This document shows, piece after piece, positions 49,026 to 62,040 of a stretch of DNA of 64,000 nucleotides. This stretch comes from Leucoraja ocellata. Its lineage: Eukaryota. Under the pieces are notes generated by a model. That model did no database searches. It was not told the origin of the DNA and saw nothing but the letters and a program-made list of their open reading frames with translations. The stretch is taken from assembly GCA_036785375.1 (NCBI GenBank), contig JAWMAR010000077.1:1674001-1738000 (forward strand), read 5' to 3'. Each line of letters opens with the position of its first letter. The first letter of the stretch is position 1. A program made the position numbers and the translations under genes.

Positions 49026-51044
49026 CAGGGCTCTCACTTAACTTTTTTTCCCTGTTGCCAGCCGGGCAACCTAGGCAGCTTTTTAGGTTGCCAAATGACG
49101 GTTTAGGTGGTCATTTAAGACGGCTTGCATTTACGCGTGTGATAATGTGCTCGGACGAAGTGCGCAGTTACAAGTTGGAATTATGCTCAATGTTCATTCA
49201 CATATTATTTCTGCTTCAAATAAAGCCAAACTAAACATATTCACCAATCAAGACATGAAAAATACCACAATGACATGCAGCAAAACTATAATACAGTATC
49301 TCAACTCTTTTTACATGTTGCAATGAATACAATCTATATTACTAAATTTCTGTTCTTGACCGCTTTTGGCCTTCTCTGCTGCGATTTCCGAGTGAACGCC
49401 GCCACCTACGACCGTCATTTTTGGCCGCCACCTTGCTCAGAACCCCCCTCCGCCGCATGTGTGCCGAGGATTTTTCCCGTCGATGGAAAATGATGGAGAT
49501 ATTAATGTTTTTACAAAATTCCCCATTCTCTCTGCTGTCCCTGCTGGAGGGAGGGGGAGGGACTATAAAACCAGGAAGTGCTGTGCCTCAATCAGTCTCT
49601 CATCAAGATGCTCTGTCAATTAGTCTCTGTCACTCTGAATGACACTGAACAAATTTCTTCACACCTGTAAGTACCCTTAATGTGGTTTGAAAATGAAAAT
49701 ATGGTGAGTTTGAAATAAAAAAGCACTGCCTGCAAATGGTTGTTTGGGGGGTTTGGGTTGAAGTAAAAAGGCACTCTCTTNNNNNNNNNNNNNNNNNNNN
49801 NNNNNNNNNNNNNNNNNNNNNNNNNNNNNNNNNNNNNNNNNNNNNNNNNNNNNNNNNNNNNNNNNNNNNNNNNNNNNNNNNNNNNNNNNNNNNNNNNNNN
49901 NNNNNNNNCCCTCCCCACTCTCCTCTCCTCCTCTCTCCCCCCTCCCCTCCCCCCTCTCTCTCTCCCTCCTCCTCCCCTCCCCCTCTCCCCCGTCTCCTCT
50001 CCCCCCTCCCTCTCCTCTTATTCTCCATCCCCTCCCCCACCGTCCCTCCCCTAAACCCCCCTCCACTCCACACACCCCTACCCCCTTCCCTCCACCCTCC
50101 CCCCCTTCCTGCTCCCCACCTCTCCCCTTCCCCTCACCTCACCTCACCCCCCTCAGCACACCCTCTCTCTCCCCCTCTCCTCTCTCCCCTCCCCCCTCCC
50201 CCTCTCTCCTCCCCCCTCCCCCCTCCCTCGCCATTGGCACCCAGGCAACCGCTAATTTCGAGCCCTGTACAAACTGGGCATCTTCATTGCTGTTCACAAC
50301 ACATGCGTCTAAAATGAATGTCCGGTAATGTGGCATTTCGACACCTTTAAACATATTGTGAAATGAACATTTGCTGCAGTTATATCCTTTGACCATCTCT
50401 TGTCAGTTAGTGTAATGTTTAACCTGTCAGATGGGTATAGTCGGTTTTAACAGCTATTATCATAAAATGCCTTTAGAAATTTCCTTGCAACCTGTATATT
50501 TTGTTGTGGATAAATTATGTGGGAAGTGAGAGTGTTTATGTACCAATAGCAATAATAACCCATGCTTTGGCCATGTTATGATAATTTTCAGTCCTTCACA
50601 GAAAACATGCATCAATCTGTAGTGTGCATGGTTAAGCATATATGTTACCATAGTCCAGGATTTATTGACACAGGTTGATCACACGCTGAATAATCCAACC
50701 ACATTTTTGTTTGGAAGTGGAAAGAAATAATAGAAATTGCATTCATTGCAACGTGTAAAAATAGTTGAAATACCGTATTATAGTTTTGCTGCATGTCATT
50801 GTGGTATATATAATGTCTTGATTGGTGAATATGTTTAGTTTGTGACTTTATTTGAAGCAGAAATAATATGAGAATGCTTCATGGAGCATAATTCCGACTG
50901 GTAACTGCGCACTTCGTCCGAGCACATTATCGCAAGCGTCATGCAAGCCATCTTAAATGACCACCTAAACTGTCATTTGGCAACCTAAAACGCTGCCTAG
51001 GTTGCCAAATGGCAACATGGAAAAAATGTTAAGTGAGAGCCCTG
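49026..51044. mobile_element. hAT-like non-autonomous DNA transposon with ~300-bp inverted arms; spans the gap
   Basis: Perfect terminal CAGGGCTCTCACTTAAC / GTTAAGTGAGAGCCCTG. Inverted similarity continues from 49026-49330 to ~50735-51044. No 8-bp TSD visible. Confidence 0.8.
49781..49908. other. Assembly gap (128 N) next to a C/T-rich low-complexity tract (49909-50230)
   Basis: Run of N. Confidence 1.
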
Positions 51045-52049
51045 TTGTTCGCACCAGTTTTAAATAAAACTATTGATAAACGCTGTTTCCATCATTCTAA
51101 CTTCAGAATTAATGTTAAAATTTCAACTGAAATATCTCCTGACCAAATTCGTGATGTATATGACCGACTCTAGAAGTAAAACCTGGATAAATCCAACGTA
51201 TAGTTGTGAATGCTGCTCATTAAATAACTACAGTACCAATACTCCATATTAAGAGCACTGATTTGCCGTTAACCCCCCCCCCACACCTATCTCTCTAGGG
51301 ATTGAAGAGGGAAGGTGAAGAGGAGGAGGAGGGAGTGCTGGGCGATGAGGAGAAATGAGCCGCTCCGGCGCAATTTGGGGCTATGCGTGAGTGATGCAAT
51401 ATCGCGTTTGAGGAACGGCTTGAGTTGGGGGAACGGGTGAGTGGTGGAATCTTGCATTGGAGGAGCAAACCCAACGTTTGACCAGTTAATGGAGTCCTTT
51501 GAAGAAGTCATATGTGGATAAAGAGGTGCAAGAGGATCTACTATACACAGATTTCTAGAAAACATTCCAAAACTTCCCACATGAAAAGTTATTGTAGAAA
51601 AGAATGGTAATTAAGAAAGCTAGCTAAATGTTATTGTCTCCTGCTATAAGAATCACATTCAAAAGAGTATCAAATATTTAGATATTTTGATCAATTATTT
51701 CAACATTTGAGAGACCATATCTGGAGTACTGTATATAGGCTGATGTAGGCAGAGCTGTAGATGTTATGTACGTGGACTTCAGTAATGTGTTCGACAATGT
51801 CCCACACAGTAGGCTGCTCTGGAAGGTTAGATTGCATCGGATCCAAGGAGAGATAGCTGAATGGATAGCATATTGGCTCCACGGAAGGAATCAGAGGGTG
51901 ATGGTGGAAGGTTGCTTCTCGGGCTGGAGGCCTGTGACTAGTGGTGTGCCTCAGGGTTGGTGCTGGGCCCGTTATTGTTTGTCATCAACATCAATTATTT
52001 GGATGAGAACATACAGGGCAAGATTAGCAAGTTTGCTGATGATACAAAA

Positions 52050-53789
52050 GTCCAAGTGTGTTTTAAATGCTGTTATAGAACTTGCCTCAACTGCCTGAAA
52101 CTGAAGGGCAACTTTTTCCCATTCAGAGGGTGGTTGTCCATATACCCACCACCGTCTGATTGAAAACGTTGCTCCTCAGGTTCATATTAAATATTGCCCA
52201 TCTCATCCAAATGCAATACATCTCACTTATCTGCATTAAGCCCTATAAGCCATTCCGCAGCCCTCTTGGTGAGATGATGAAGAGCCTGCTGTAATTTTTG
52301 ATAACCTTCTGCATTATCTATGATAACGCCCACTTTAATGTCAGCTGTAAACTTGCTAAATCTTGCCTTGTACATTCTCATCCTAATCCCTAAGGCACTC
52401 GTCATAGGCCTCCAGTCCGAAAAACAGCCTTTCACAACCGTTGTTGCCTCCCTTCCAGGAAGCCAATTCTGTATCCAGTTTGCTAGATCTCCATGGATCT
52501 CCACAGCAGCTACTATGCAGAACCTTATCAGAGGCTATGCTGACGTCCATATAACCAATGTCTACAGCAATGCCCTTATCAACCTTTTTGGTTATCTCTT
52601 CAAAAAACATATTTCGACTGTGGGAGGTAACTGCAACACATGGGGAAAACTCACACAGTCACAGGAAGAACATACAAACTGTACAGATAGCACCCATAGT
52701 TAGGATTGAACTTGGGTCTCTGGCGCCGTCAGGCAGCAAGTCTACCACTGCGTCACCCTGTCACCCAGTTCAAAAAAAATGAAAATAGGAGATTGGCTCA
52801 ACTGCAAAATTAAAAGGAAAGGTTCCCTGAATATTACAAAACAAAATAAATCAGATCCACAAAAAAAAAATCATGTTGTGCAATTCTGGTCAACTAACTA
52901 CTGAAATAAAGTTGCTGGCTAAAGATCATAGGGAAAACAGAATTTACTGTCAGGAGAAACAGAGATAAAACTGCAAAAGTCTTCAGTCACAGACCAGCAG
53001 AAGAATTTACACATAATTTGGTTTACAACTCTTTCTTGACAAAGAGCAAGGATGCTAATGGTGTGGAACCAGGATAGAAAAGGGAATAGGGTAGAAATAT
53101 CAACACAAAGCTGATAAATACAGAAGTTATCTATAGTTTACTGTGACTTCCCAAAAAAGTCATCATCATTAGATAAGTACAAAAAAAATGACCCGACTGT
53201 TAAGTTTGATTTTGCAATAACAAACTTTCTGACCAAATCATTGGTGACATCTAAAATATAAAATGAATATTCCTGACAAAGGCAGAAAACATAACCACAA
53301 ACTGCAGGCCTTGATCCCATCTGTCCATCCATTTTTGGTGAGATCCTGCCCTCTATGCTTTCGCCACAAGTCAAGCCTCCCACCGACTCCTTCTCTCAGC
53401 TATTACTTAACCCATCAATTAAAGAAGGGTCTCGACCCGAAACGTCGCCTATTTCCTTTGCTCCATAGATGCTGCCTCACCCGCTGAGTTTCTCCAGCAT
53501 TTTTGTCTACCGTAAAAATTAAATCCACATGGTCATTTCAATAAACAACTGAATTATTAAAACCTGTTCATCAGAATGCAAATCAATAAAAGGTTTCATA
53601 CTTATCTTCAATTCGATTATCCACAACAAACTAACAAATAGTTGATCAAACGCAACAAATAAACAGAAAGTCCTCCTGACATCATAAATATTTATTTTAA
53701 CAATTAGTTAATATGAGTCTAACCCAGCTACGAGTTGGGCTGTGGTGATGGCTTGCATAGTACTGATGGGAGGCACTGTGACCAAAGGA
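52050..53789 (-). pseudogene. Intragenic duplication of STARD3NL (copy of ~43533-45519) containing a dead partial copy of the first coding exon (~53606-53789)
   Basis: Near-identical sequence to 43533-43985 and 44495-45519. In the exon copy the donor is lost (CTTAC becomes CTTAT), it has a +1 G and in-frame stops, and its 5' part including the ATG is replaced by a CR1. Confidence 0.9.
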
Positions 53790-55150
53790 CGTATAGGTCG
53801 GTGAGCTTAACATCTGTAGTTGGTAAGTTACTGGAGAGTATTCTGAGGGATAGGTTATATGGGCATTTGGATGAACAAGGGCTGATTAGGGATAGTCAGC
53901 ATGGTTTTATACTTGGAAGGTCATGTCTCATAAATCTGATTTTTTTTAAAGGCGTGACTAAAAAGGTTGATGAGGGCAGAGCTGTAGATGTTGTGTACAT
54001 GGACTTCAGTAAGGCGTTCGACAAGATTCCGCATGGTGGGCTGCTCTGGAAGGTTAGATCGCATGGGATCCAAGGAGAGATAGCTGAATGGAAAGCAAAT
54101 TGGCTCCATGGAAGGAAGCAGAGGGTGATGGTGGAAGGTTGCTTCTCAGACTACAGGCCTGTGACTAGTGGGGTGCCTCAGGGTTCGGTGTTGTGCCCGA
54201 TACTGATTGTCATTTACATCAATGGTTTGGATGAGAACATACAGGGTAAGATTAGCAAGTTTGCTGATGATACAAAAGATAGTGGTTTTGCAGATAGTGA
54301 AGATAGTTGGGAAAGATTGCAGCAGGATCTGGATCGATTGGCCAGGTTGGCGGAGGAATGATCGATGGAATTTAATACAGAAAAGTGCATTTTGGGACAT
54401 CGAACAAGTGCAGGACCTATGCAATATATGGTGGGTCCCTGGGTAGTGTTATAGAGCAGAGGGATCCAGGAGTACAGGTGTATGGTTTCTTGCAGGTAGA
54501 GTCGCAGGTAGATAAGGTGGTCAAAAAGGCTTTTGGTACTTTGGCCTTCATTAGTCAGAGTATTGAGTATAGAAATTGGGCAATCATGTTGCAGTTGTAT
54601 AAGACGTTGGTGAGCGCATTTAGAATATTGTGCTCAGTTCTGGCACCATGTTATTGGAAAGATATTGTCAAGCTTGAAAGGGTTCAGAAAAAATTTACAA
54701 GGATGTTGCCAGGACTAGAGGAGGTGAGCTATAGGGAGAGATTGTGTAGGCTGGGTCTCTATTCCATGGAGCGCAGGAGGATAAGGGGAGATCTTATAGA
54801 GTTATACAAAATCATGAGAGGAATAGATCAGGTAGAGTCTTTTGCCCAGAGAAGGGGAATCGAGGACAAGAGGACATAGGTTCAAGGTGACGGGGAAAAG
54901 ATTTAATGGGAATCCGAGGGGTAACCTTTTCACACAAAGGGTGGTGGGTGTATGGCACAAGCAGCCAGATGAGGTAGTTGGGGCTGGGATCATCTCATCG
55001 TTTGATAAACAGTTAGACAGGTACATGGATAAGCCAAGTCTGGAGGGATATGGACCAACGCAGGCAAGTAGGACTAGTGTCGCTAGGACATTGTTGGCGA
55101 CTTGGGCTGAAGGGTCTGTTTCCACACTGTATCACTCAATTAGTCTATGA
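53790..55150 (+). mobile_element. 5'-truncated CR1 LINE
   Basis: YRSVSLTSVVGKLLE...DFSKAFDK...GVPQGSVL...KFADDTK, plus C-terminus and 3' UTR. Confidence 0.92.
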
Positions 55151-55367
55151 CTTGAACCAAACACAAGATACCAAGGGCTGAATGTGGAGAGGGTATTTTT
55201 GCGTAGGTAAATTAACTTTCTGCATTGGGTTCAGAGCGCCCCAGCACAAATTGAGTGATAAAGGCTGTGCAAGAGTATGCCAAGAGAATGTGAATTAACA
55301 CAACAATAATTTATATTTATAAAGTGTAGAAACATATCCCAGATCACCACTCAAACATTAAAATTTG

Positions 55368-56452
55368 ATACATAGAAAATAGGTGCAGGCGTAGGCCATT
55401 CAGCCCTTCGAGCCAGCACCGCCATTCAATATGATCATGGTTGATCATCCAAAATCAGTACCCCGTCCCGGCTTTTCCCCCATATACCTTGACTACCTTA
55501 GCCCTAAGAGCTAAATTTAATTATCTCTTGAAAACATCCAGTGAATTGGCCTCCACTGCCTTCTGTGGCAGAGAATTCCACAGATTCACTACTCTCTGGG
55601 TAAAAAAGGTTTACCCTCATCTCAGTCCTAAATGGCCTACCCCTTATTCTTAAACTGTGACCCCTGCACTGACCCCAACATCGGGAACATTTTTCCTGTC
55701 CAATCCTCTAAGGATTTTATGTGTTTCTATAAGATCCCCTCGCATCCTTCTAAATTCCAGCAAATACAATCCCTGTCAACCCATTCTTTCATCATATGTC
55801 AGTCCCGCCATCCTGGGAATTAACCTGGTGAACCTACGCTGTACTCCCTCAATAGCAATAATGTCCTTCCTCAAATTAGGAGACCAAAATTGCACACAAT
55901 ACTCCAGGTGCGGTCTCACCAGGACCCTGTACAACTGCAGTAGGACCTCCTTGCTCCAAAGCACAAATCCTCTCGCAATGAAGGCCAACATGCCATTAGC
56001 TTTCTTCACTGCCTGCTGTAACTGCATGCTTACTTTCAGTGACTGATGCACAAGCCCACCCAGGTCTCGTTGCACCTCCCCGTCTCCTAATCTGACACCA
56101 TTCCGATAATAAACTGCCTTCCTATTCTTGCCACTACATTGGATAACGTCACATTTATCCACATTGTACTGCATCGGCCATGCTTCTGCCCACTCACCCA
56201 ATCTATCCAAGTCACCCTGCAGCCTCGTAGCATCCTCCTTGCAGCTCACACAGCCACCCAGCTTTGTGTCATTCGCAAACTTAGAGATGTTACATTTAAT
56301 TCCCTCATCTAAATCGTTAATATATATTGCAAACAACTGGAGTCCCAACACCGAGCCTAGTCACTGCCTGCCATTCTGAAAAGGACCCGTTAATTCCAAC
56401 TCTTTGCTTCCTGTCTGCCAACCAGTTCTCCGTCCATGTCAATACCCTACCC
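55368..56452 (-). mobile_element. 5'-truncated CR1 LINE
   Basis: ORF 55776-56351 is CR1 RT; 3' UTR matches the 200-638 type. Confidence 0.9.
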
Positions 56453-58579
56453 CCTTTTAATTAACCCCTTTGTCCTCTGTTGAGTTCTAAATTTCTCCGG
56501 TCCCCTGGTTTGCCGCTTCTTCTGGCCAATTTATATGCCTCTTTTGTTGACGCGACGATGTTACTCCCATAGCCAGCGGCGGGCCTTCCTCTTCAGGGCG
56601 ATCAAGCTCCTGCTTCGGTGGAGGGAATCTCAGTTCCCTTCGCCCTGGGCGATCTACCCTGGGTCGGGGCTAGTCAAACGTTGTGCAGCTTACGGAACTT
56701 CCCGACATCGATCTCTACCCAAGACTGCGAGCTCCTCGATGTTGATATCCGCAGGCCATGGTTGGAGCATCGATCTCAGGCAAGGGATCAGCTCCGATGC
56801 AAAATCCACATCCCCGCTGTGGGGCTCAATGTCAGTCCCGAGCAAGGCCTCCAGCTCCACGATGTTAGGGCAAAGAGTGACCAGAGATACGATCCAGAAA
56901 ACAATCGCATCTAAAGCAAGGTAACAGATTGACCCCGCCCACCACGCCCACCCCCCACATAAAACAAACCAGAGAACATTAACACATACTTTTAAAACAC
57001 ACTAAAAATAGTGCGTTTAAAAGACAGACCGTAGGCGAGGCTGCCATCGAAGCGCCACCCGGTGGAAATATAACCCTTTAAGTATAGTTTGCCAGTCTAT
57101 CCAAGTCAATTCCCGTCTCATACCTTCAAAGTCTCCTATACGTTCAGGACCCTAGACTCCGAATTAACTATGTCACGCTCCATCCTAATGTAGAATTCCA
57201 CCATATTATGGTCACTGTTGCTCAAAGGGGTGTTTGAAGAAGTAGGATTAAAGATGCATCTTAAGAGGTAGAAAAACTAATTCGAACATAGAACAATACA
57301 GCACAAGGCCCTTCAGCCCATAATGTCTTTGCCAAACACGATGCCAAGTTAAACTCCTCTGCTTGTTTGTGATCCATATCCCAGCATCCACACGGGCCTA
57401 CCTAAAAACTACATACACCACTATAGTTTCTGCTTCCATCCTGGCTCATTCCAGTTACTCACAACTCACCACTCTGTGTAAAAACCTATCCCCAACAATC
57501 TCTTTTAAACTTTACTCCACTGACTGTAAAGCTAGGACGTCTCTTTTTTGATATTTTCACCCCGTGAAAAAAGCCCCAAATGTCTATCCTATCTATGCGT
57601 TCAAAATTTTATAAACTTCTACCCCTCACCCTCCAATGCTCCAGAGAAAGTAGGTTCAATTTGTCCAACCTCACCATATAGCTAATACTTTATAATCCAG
57701 GCAGTATCCAGGTAAACCTGTTCTGCGTCCTCTCCAAAGCCTACACATTATTCCTGTAATGGGGACAATCAGAACTGCACACAATACTACAAATGCAATT
57801 TAACCAAAATGTTACCAAAATAACCATATATAACAATTACAGCGGAAACAGGCCAACTCGGCCCTTCTAGTCCGTGCCGAACACTTATTCTCCCCTAGTC
57901 CCATCTACCTGCACTCAGACCATAACCCTCCATTCCTTTCCCGTCCATATACCTATCAAAATGAGAAAGAAATGTATAGATCTTGGCAGCTGAATACACA
58001 TTTGTATCTCTAACAAGCAAGCTTAAGAACAGTCAATAACAGGAGCATAGAGAGCTTGGAAAGTTATAGGGCCAGAAAAGGATTAGGAAAAAATAAGCAA
58101 TTTTAAAATGAGGTATTGCTCGGTGAACAAAATCTGTTTTAAAACGGTCAGCAAAACAGCCTCAGGTTCACGACATGTAGACAAGGATTTCCAACCTAGG
58201 CAATTGTCTACATATATAAGAGAAATGGACAAGGGAGGATGAGAAGAGACAGATATGGAAACAAGTAGTCAAATCAATGGAGCCGATTAGCGGTTTAAAC
58301 CCATCTTTGTGTCAAATGTAAGTCATGGAAAATCTGGTTCAAATTCTGATAGTTACCAGAGCTGGAACTTTTGCTCAGAACGCAATTTATAATATGAATT
58401 CTAGTTTATAACTAACTGTCAGAAATGCACGGATAATGTTCTAGAATAGTAGCATCAATTCACAACAAAAGGCGCATGAAGAGAGGATGCCAATTGTGCA
58501 GATAAATCTCAGGCTGGGAATAGGAAGTGGGAGATTTCGCCAATACCTGTCAATTCTTGCAAATCGGCAAAGAGCGAAA

Positions 58580-59070
58580 TGTAAACAGCGGCCAAGCTCC
58601 GCCCCCGCACCAGGTAAACGACTGGCATCGCATCAAGAGATACTAGAGCGGAGTGTCTTTGTATTGTAGTATCTTTGATCGCATCTGCAGCCCGGATACA
58701 GCAAACACGAAGCAAAGGCCCAGCCAGGAACCCACCATCCCCGAGGAGAAGTGAAGGTGGGAGCCGGCTCGGGGAGACTGTCCGCCCCGGGGTCCAGGGA
58801 GGATGCGCCTGGGCCTCCAGCGGCTCCATCAGCAAGTCTGGGACCGAGCGAGGGAGGGAGGGAGAGAGGCCGACAACAACCTGCCCGAGAGCCCCGAGCC
58901 CCAGCGGCCTTACCTGCGCACCTGAAGCGCTTGCCTTGCGTTGCGTTGCGTTGCGAGCGCAGCGGCCCTGCTGCCCGGCGGAAGAGTTTACAGAAGGACC
59001 GCACGTCCCGTGATGGATCCCAGCTGTTGCCGCCCCCGTTAAAGGCGGAAGTGAATGGAGGGGGAAGAGA
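58580..59070 (-). promoter_or_regulatory. STARD3NL: CpG-island promoter and non-coding exon 1 of STARD3NL (donor at 58914/58913)
   Basis: GC/CpG-rich non-repeat island, consensus donor CAG|GTAAGG on - strand, ETS-type CGGAAG sites (~58978, ~59046) and a GC box (~59029). Confidence 0.72.
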
Positions 59071-59099
59071 AACCAAAGGGAAGAAAGATTTGTTTTAAT

Positions 59100-60780
59100 G
59101 TTTTTAAATTTCAAAATAGACTTTATTCGAGAAATAAATATATACAATGCATGATCCATACAAAACCCCATCCGACATTCTGGGAGGCAGTTTCCCCAAA
59201 TCACAATTTGACCCCACACACTCATGTGGCCCACTGGCGTGGAATCCCTGCCCTTATTTTCAGGGACGTCTCCATCACACCCTGCCCCCCAATGTCCAGC
59301 AGCGGAAGGAACCTAGACTGTGGCCCTCCCCCACCGATCCTTGGCGTTGGCTGCACCGAGCTTCAGCGAGTCCCTCAGCACGTACTCCTGCAGTCTGCAG
59401 CGGGCCAGTCGGCAACATTCCCCGACGGACATCTCGCTCCACTGGGTGGTGAACAACGCTCGGGCAGACAAACGAGCGTCTTTCACCGAGTTGATGACCT
59501 TCCAACAGCACTCGATGTCAGTCTCTGAATGTGTCCCTGGGAACAGTAAATCACGGTCCTCTGTGACGGAGCTGTTTGGAATAAACCGTGACAGGGACCC
59601 TTGCAGACCTCTCCAGACTCTCTTTGCGAATCCACACTCTGCAAAGAGGTGGGCAACCGTCTCCTCTTCATAGCAGCCGTCCCGAGGGCAACGTGTGCTG
59701 GTAGGTTCCGACAGTGCAGGAAGGATCTAACTGGGAGGGCTCCCCTCACCGCCAGCCAAGCCAGGTCTTGGTGCTTGTTGGTGAGTTCTGGCGATGAGGC
59801 ATTTTGCCAGACAAGCTGGGCAGTCTGCTCTGGGAACCACGCCACAGGATCCTTGGAGTCATTTCCCTGCAGTGTCTGCAGGATGTTCCATGCTGACCAC
59901 TGCCCGATGGACTGGTGGTCAAAAGTGTTGGTCCGGAAGAACCTTTCCACGAACGACAGATGGTGCGGCAATGTCCAGCTGACTGGCTCATTGCGTGGCA
60001 TCTGCGCCAGGCCCATCCTTCACAACACTGGGGACAGGTAGAACCTCAGCAGGTAGTGACACTTAGTGCCCACGTGCCTTGGCTCTACGCTACGCCTGAT
60101 CCAGCCACACATGAAGGTGGCCATCAGGGTAAGGGCAACATTGGGCACGCTTTTCCCCCATTGTCTGCCGATGTGCATTGTGGCCCGTCGCACCCAGTCC
60201 ATCCTCGACCCCCAGATGAACTGGAAAATGGCCTGGGTGATCCCTGTGGCGTGGGAGGGAGGGACAGGCCACACTTGTGCCAAGTACAGCAGCCCCGAGA
60301 GCACCTCACACCTGATGACCAAATTTTTTCCCGTTATGGTGAGGGAACGTTGCTTCCACAGCTCCAGTTTCTACCCACCTTGGCTATCTGCTCCAGCCAA
60401 TTCTTGTCACACGCCTCAGCCCCACCGAACCAGATCCCCAGCACCTTCAAGAAGTCAGGCTTAATGGTGAAGGGGACAGAAGATCGGTTGGGCCAGTTGC
60501 CAAAGAGCATGGCCTCGCTCTTCCTGCGGTTCACCCTGGCTCCCGTGGCCGACTCAAACTGGTCGCAGACGCTAATCAATCTGCGGACCGACCCTGCATC
60601 CGAGCAGAAGACGGTGACATCGTCCATGTACAGGGAGGTTTTTACCTGAGTGCCCCCACTGCCTGGCAATGTCACTCCTCTTATGCTCGCATCCTTCCTG
60701 ATGGACTCGGCAAAAGGTTCAAATCAACAGACAAACAAGTCAGGGGAAAGAGGGCAACCCTGCCTGACTCCAAACCTGAC
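59100..60780 (-). mobile_element. 5'-truncated Tx1/L1-clade LINE
   Basis: GVRQGCPL (~60750-60775), SLYMDDVTVF, FESATGARVNRRKS, KVLGIWF, and QDLAWLAVRGALPVR followed by a Cys-rich region; AATAAA on - at ~59122-59127 near the 3' end. Confidence 0.88.
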
Positions 60781-61157
60781 GTCGGTACATGTGACAATAA
60801 TAAATTAAACTAATACCATGGTAGCTTTTAAATAGGTACATGGATATGCAGGAAATGGAGGAATATAGATCACGTGCGGGAAGAGATTAATTTAACGTGG
60901 CATGTTCGGCATTGTAGGCATTTTCCACAAAATTCAACTGGTCTTCATCAATGGATCAATGGTGGTGAGGGTCAACAACCTCAAGTTCCTGGGTGTGCAT
61001 ATCTCTGAAGATCTGTTCTGAACCTAGCACATCGATTCAATCATAAAGAAATCCCATCAACATCTTGGCTTTCTAAGAAGATTGAGATTAAGTATGTTGA
61101 TTAAAACTCTCTTGAACCTCAACAGATGCACGATAAAGAGCATATTAACTGGTTGTT

Positions 61158-61458
61158 TAAGAAAAAACTGCAGATGCTGGAAAAATCAAAGGTAGACAAA
61201 CTCAGCGGGTGAGTCAGCATCTATGGAGCAAAGGAATAGGTGACGTTTCGGCTCGAGACCCTTCTTCAGACTGATGTGGGGGTGGTGGGGGGGGGGCAGG
61301 AAGAGGAAAGGAAGAGCTGTAAGCAGTAGGCTGTGGGAGAGCTGAGAAGGTGAGGGGAAGGAGGGAGAAAGCAAGGACTTCCTGAAATTGGAGAAGTAAA
61401 TGTTCATACCGCTGGGGTGTAAACTACCCAAGCGAAATATGATGTGCTGCTTCTCCAA
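61158..61458 (-). mobile_element. Penelope-like element 3' end (GIY-YIG tail plus pLTR with hammerhead-like core)
   Basis: EKQHIIFRLGSLHPSGMNIYFSNFR followed by CTGAAGAAGGGTCTCGAGCCGAAACGTCACC (61270-61239). Confidence 0.8.
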
Positions 61459-61922
61459 TTATTAACTGGTTGGATCACAGCCTAGTTCAGCAACTCGAAT
61501 GTTCAGGAACAACGGAGATTACAAAAAGTGGTGAACACTGCCCTGTCCATAAAGGTACTGACCTCCCAACCATCTACAGGAGGTGCTGTTTCAAAAAGGC
61601 AGCCAGCATTATCAAGGATCCACGCCATCTCCGCCACGGTCTAATTTCACTCCTGCCCTCGGGAAGGTGGTATAGGAGTTTGAAAACTGTAATGTCCAGG
61701 TTCAAGAACAGCTTTGCCCCAAGAACCATCAGGATATTGAACACTACAAAACCCTAATTAAACTACAAACTACAAAATGCAGTGGTCCCATTAGGAACTT
61801 TGGGGTTTGTTTTGTTTTATGCACTATATTGTTTTTTTTATTCAAAGTTTTTTTTGTTTGTTATTATATTATCTATTGAGTACTGTTTTTATAACTTTAT
61901 CCTGCTGCAAGTAGGAAAATCA

Positions 61923-62040
61923 TCTCTCTCTCTCTCCCTCTCCCTCTCCCTCTCCCTCTCTCCCTCTCTCCCTCTCTCCCTCTCTCCCTCTCTCCCTCTC
62001 TCCCTCTCTCCTCCCCCTCTCCTCCCCCCCTTCTCCCCCC
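61923..62040. repeat. (CT/CCCTCT)n low-complexity tract
   Basis: Direct inspection. Confidence 0.9.

Noticed and set aside
49616-50396. Pro/Gly-rich ORFs
   Set aside because: Translations of a low-complexity tract and the N gap.
58509-60649. Multiple long overlapping ORFs
   Set aside because: By-product of high GC in the CpG island and of antisense frames of the Tx1 LINE.
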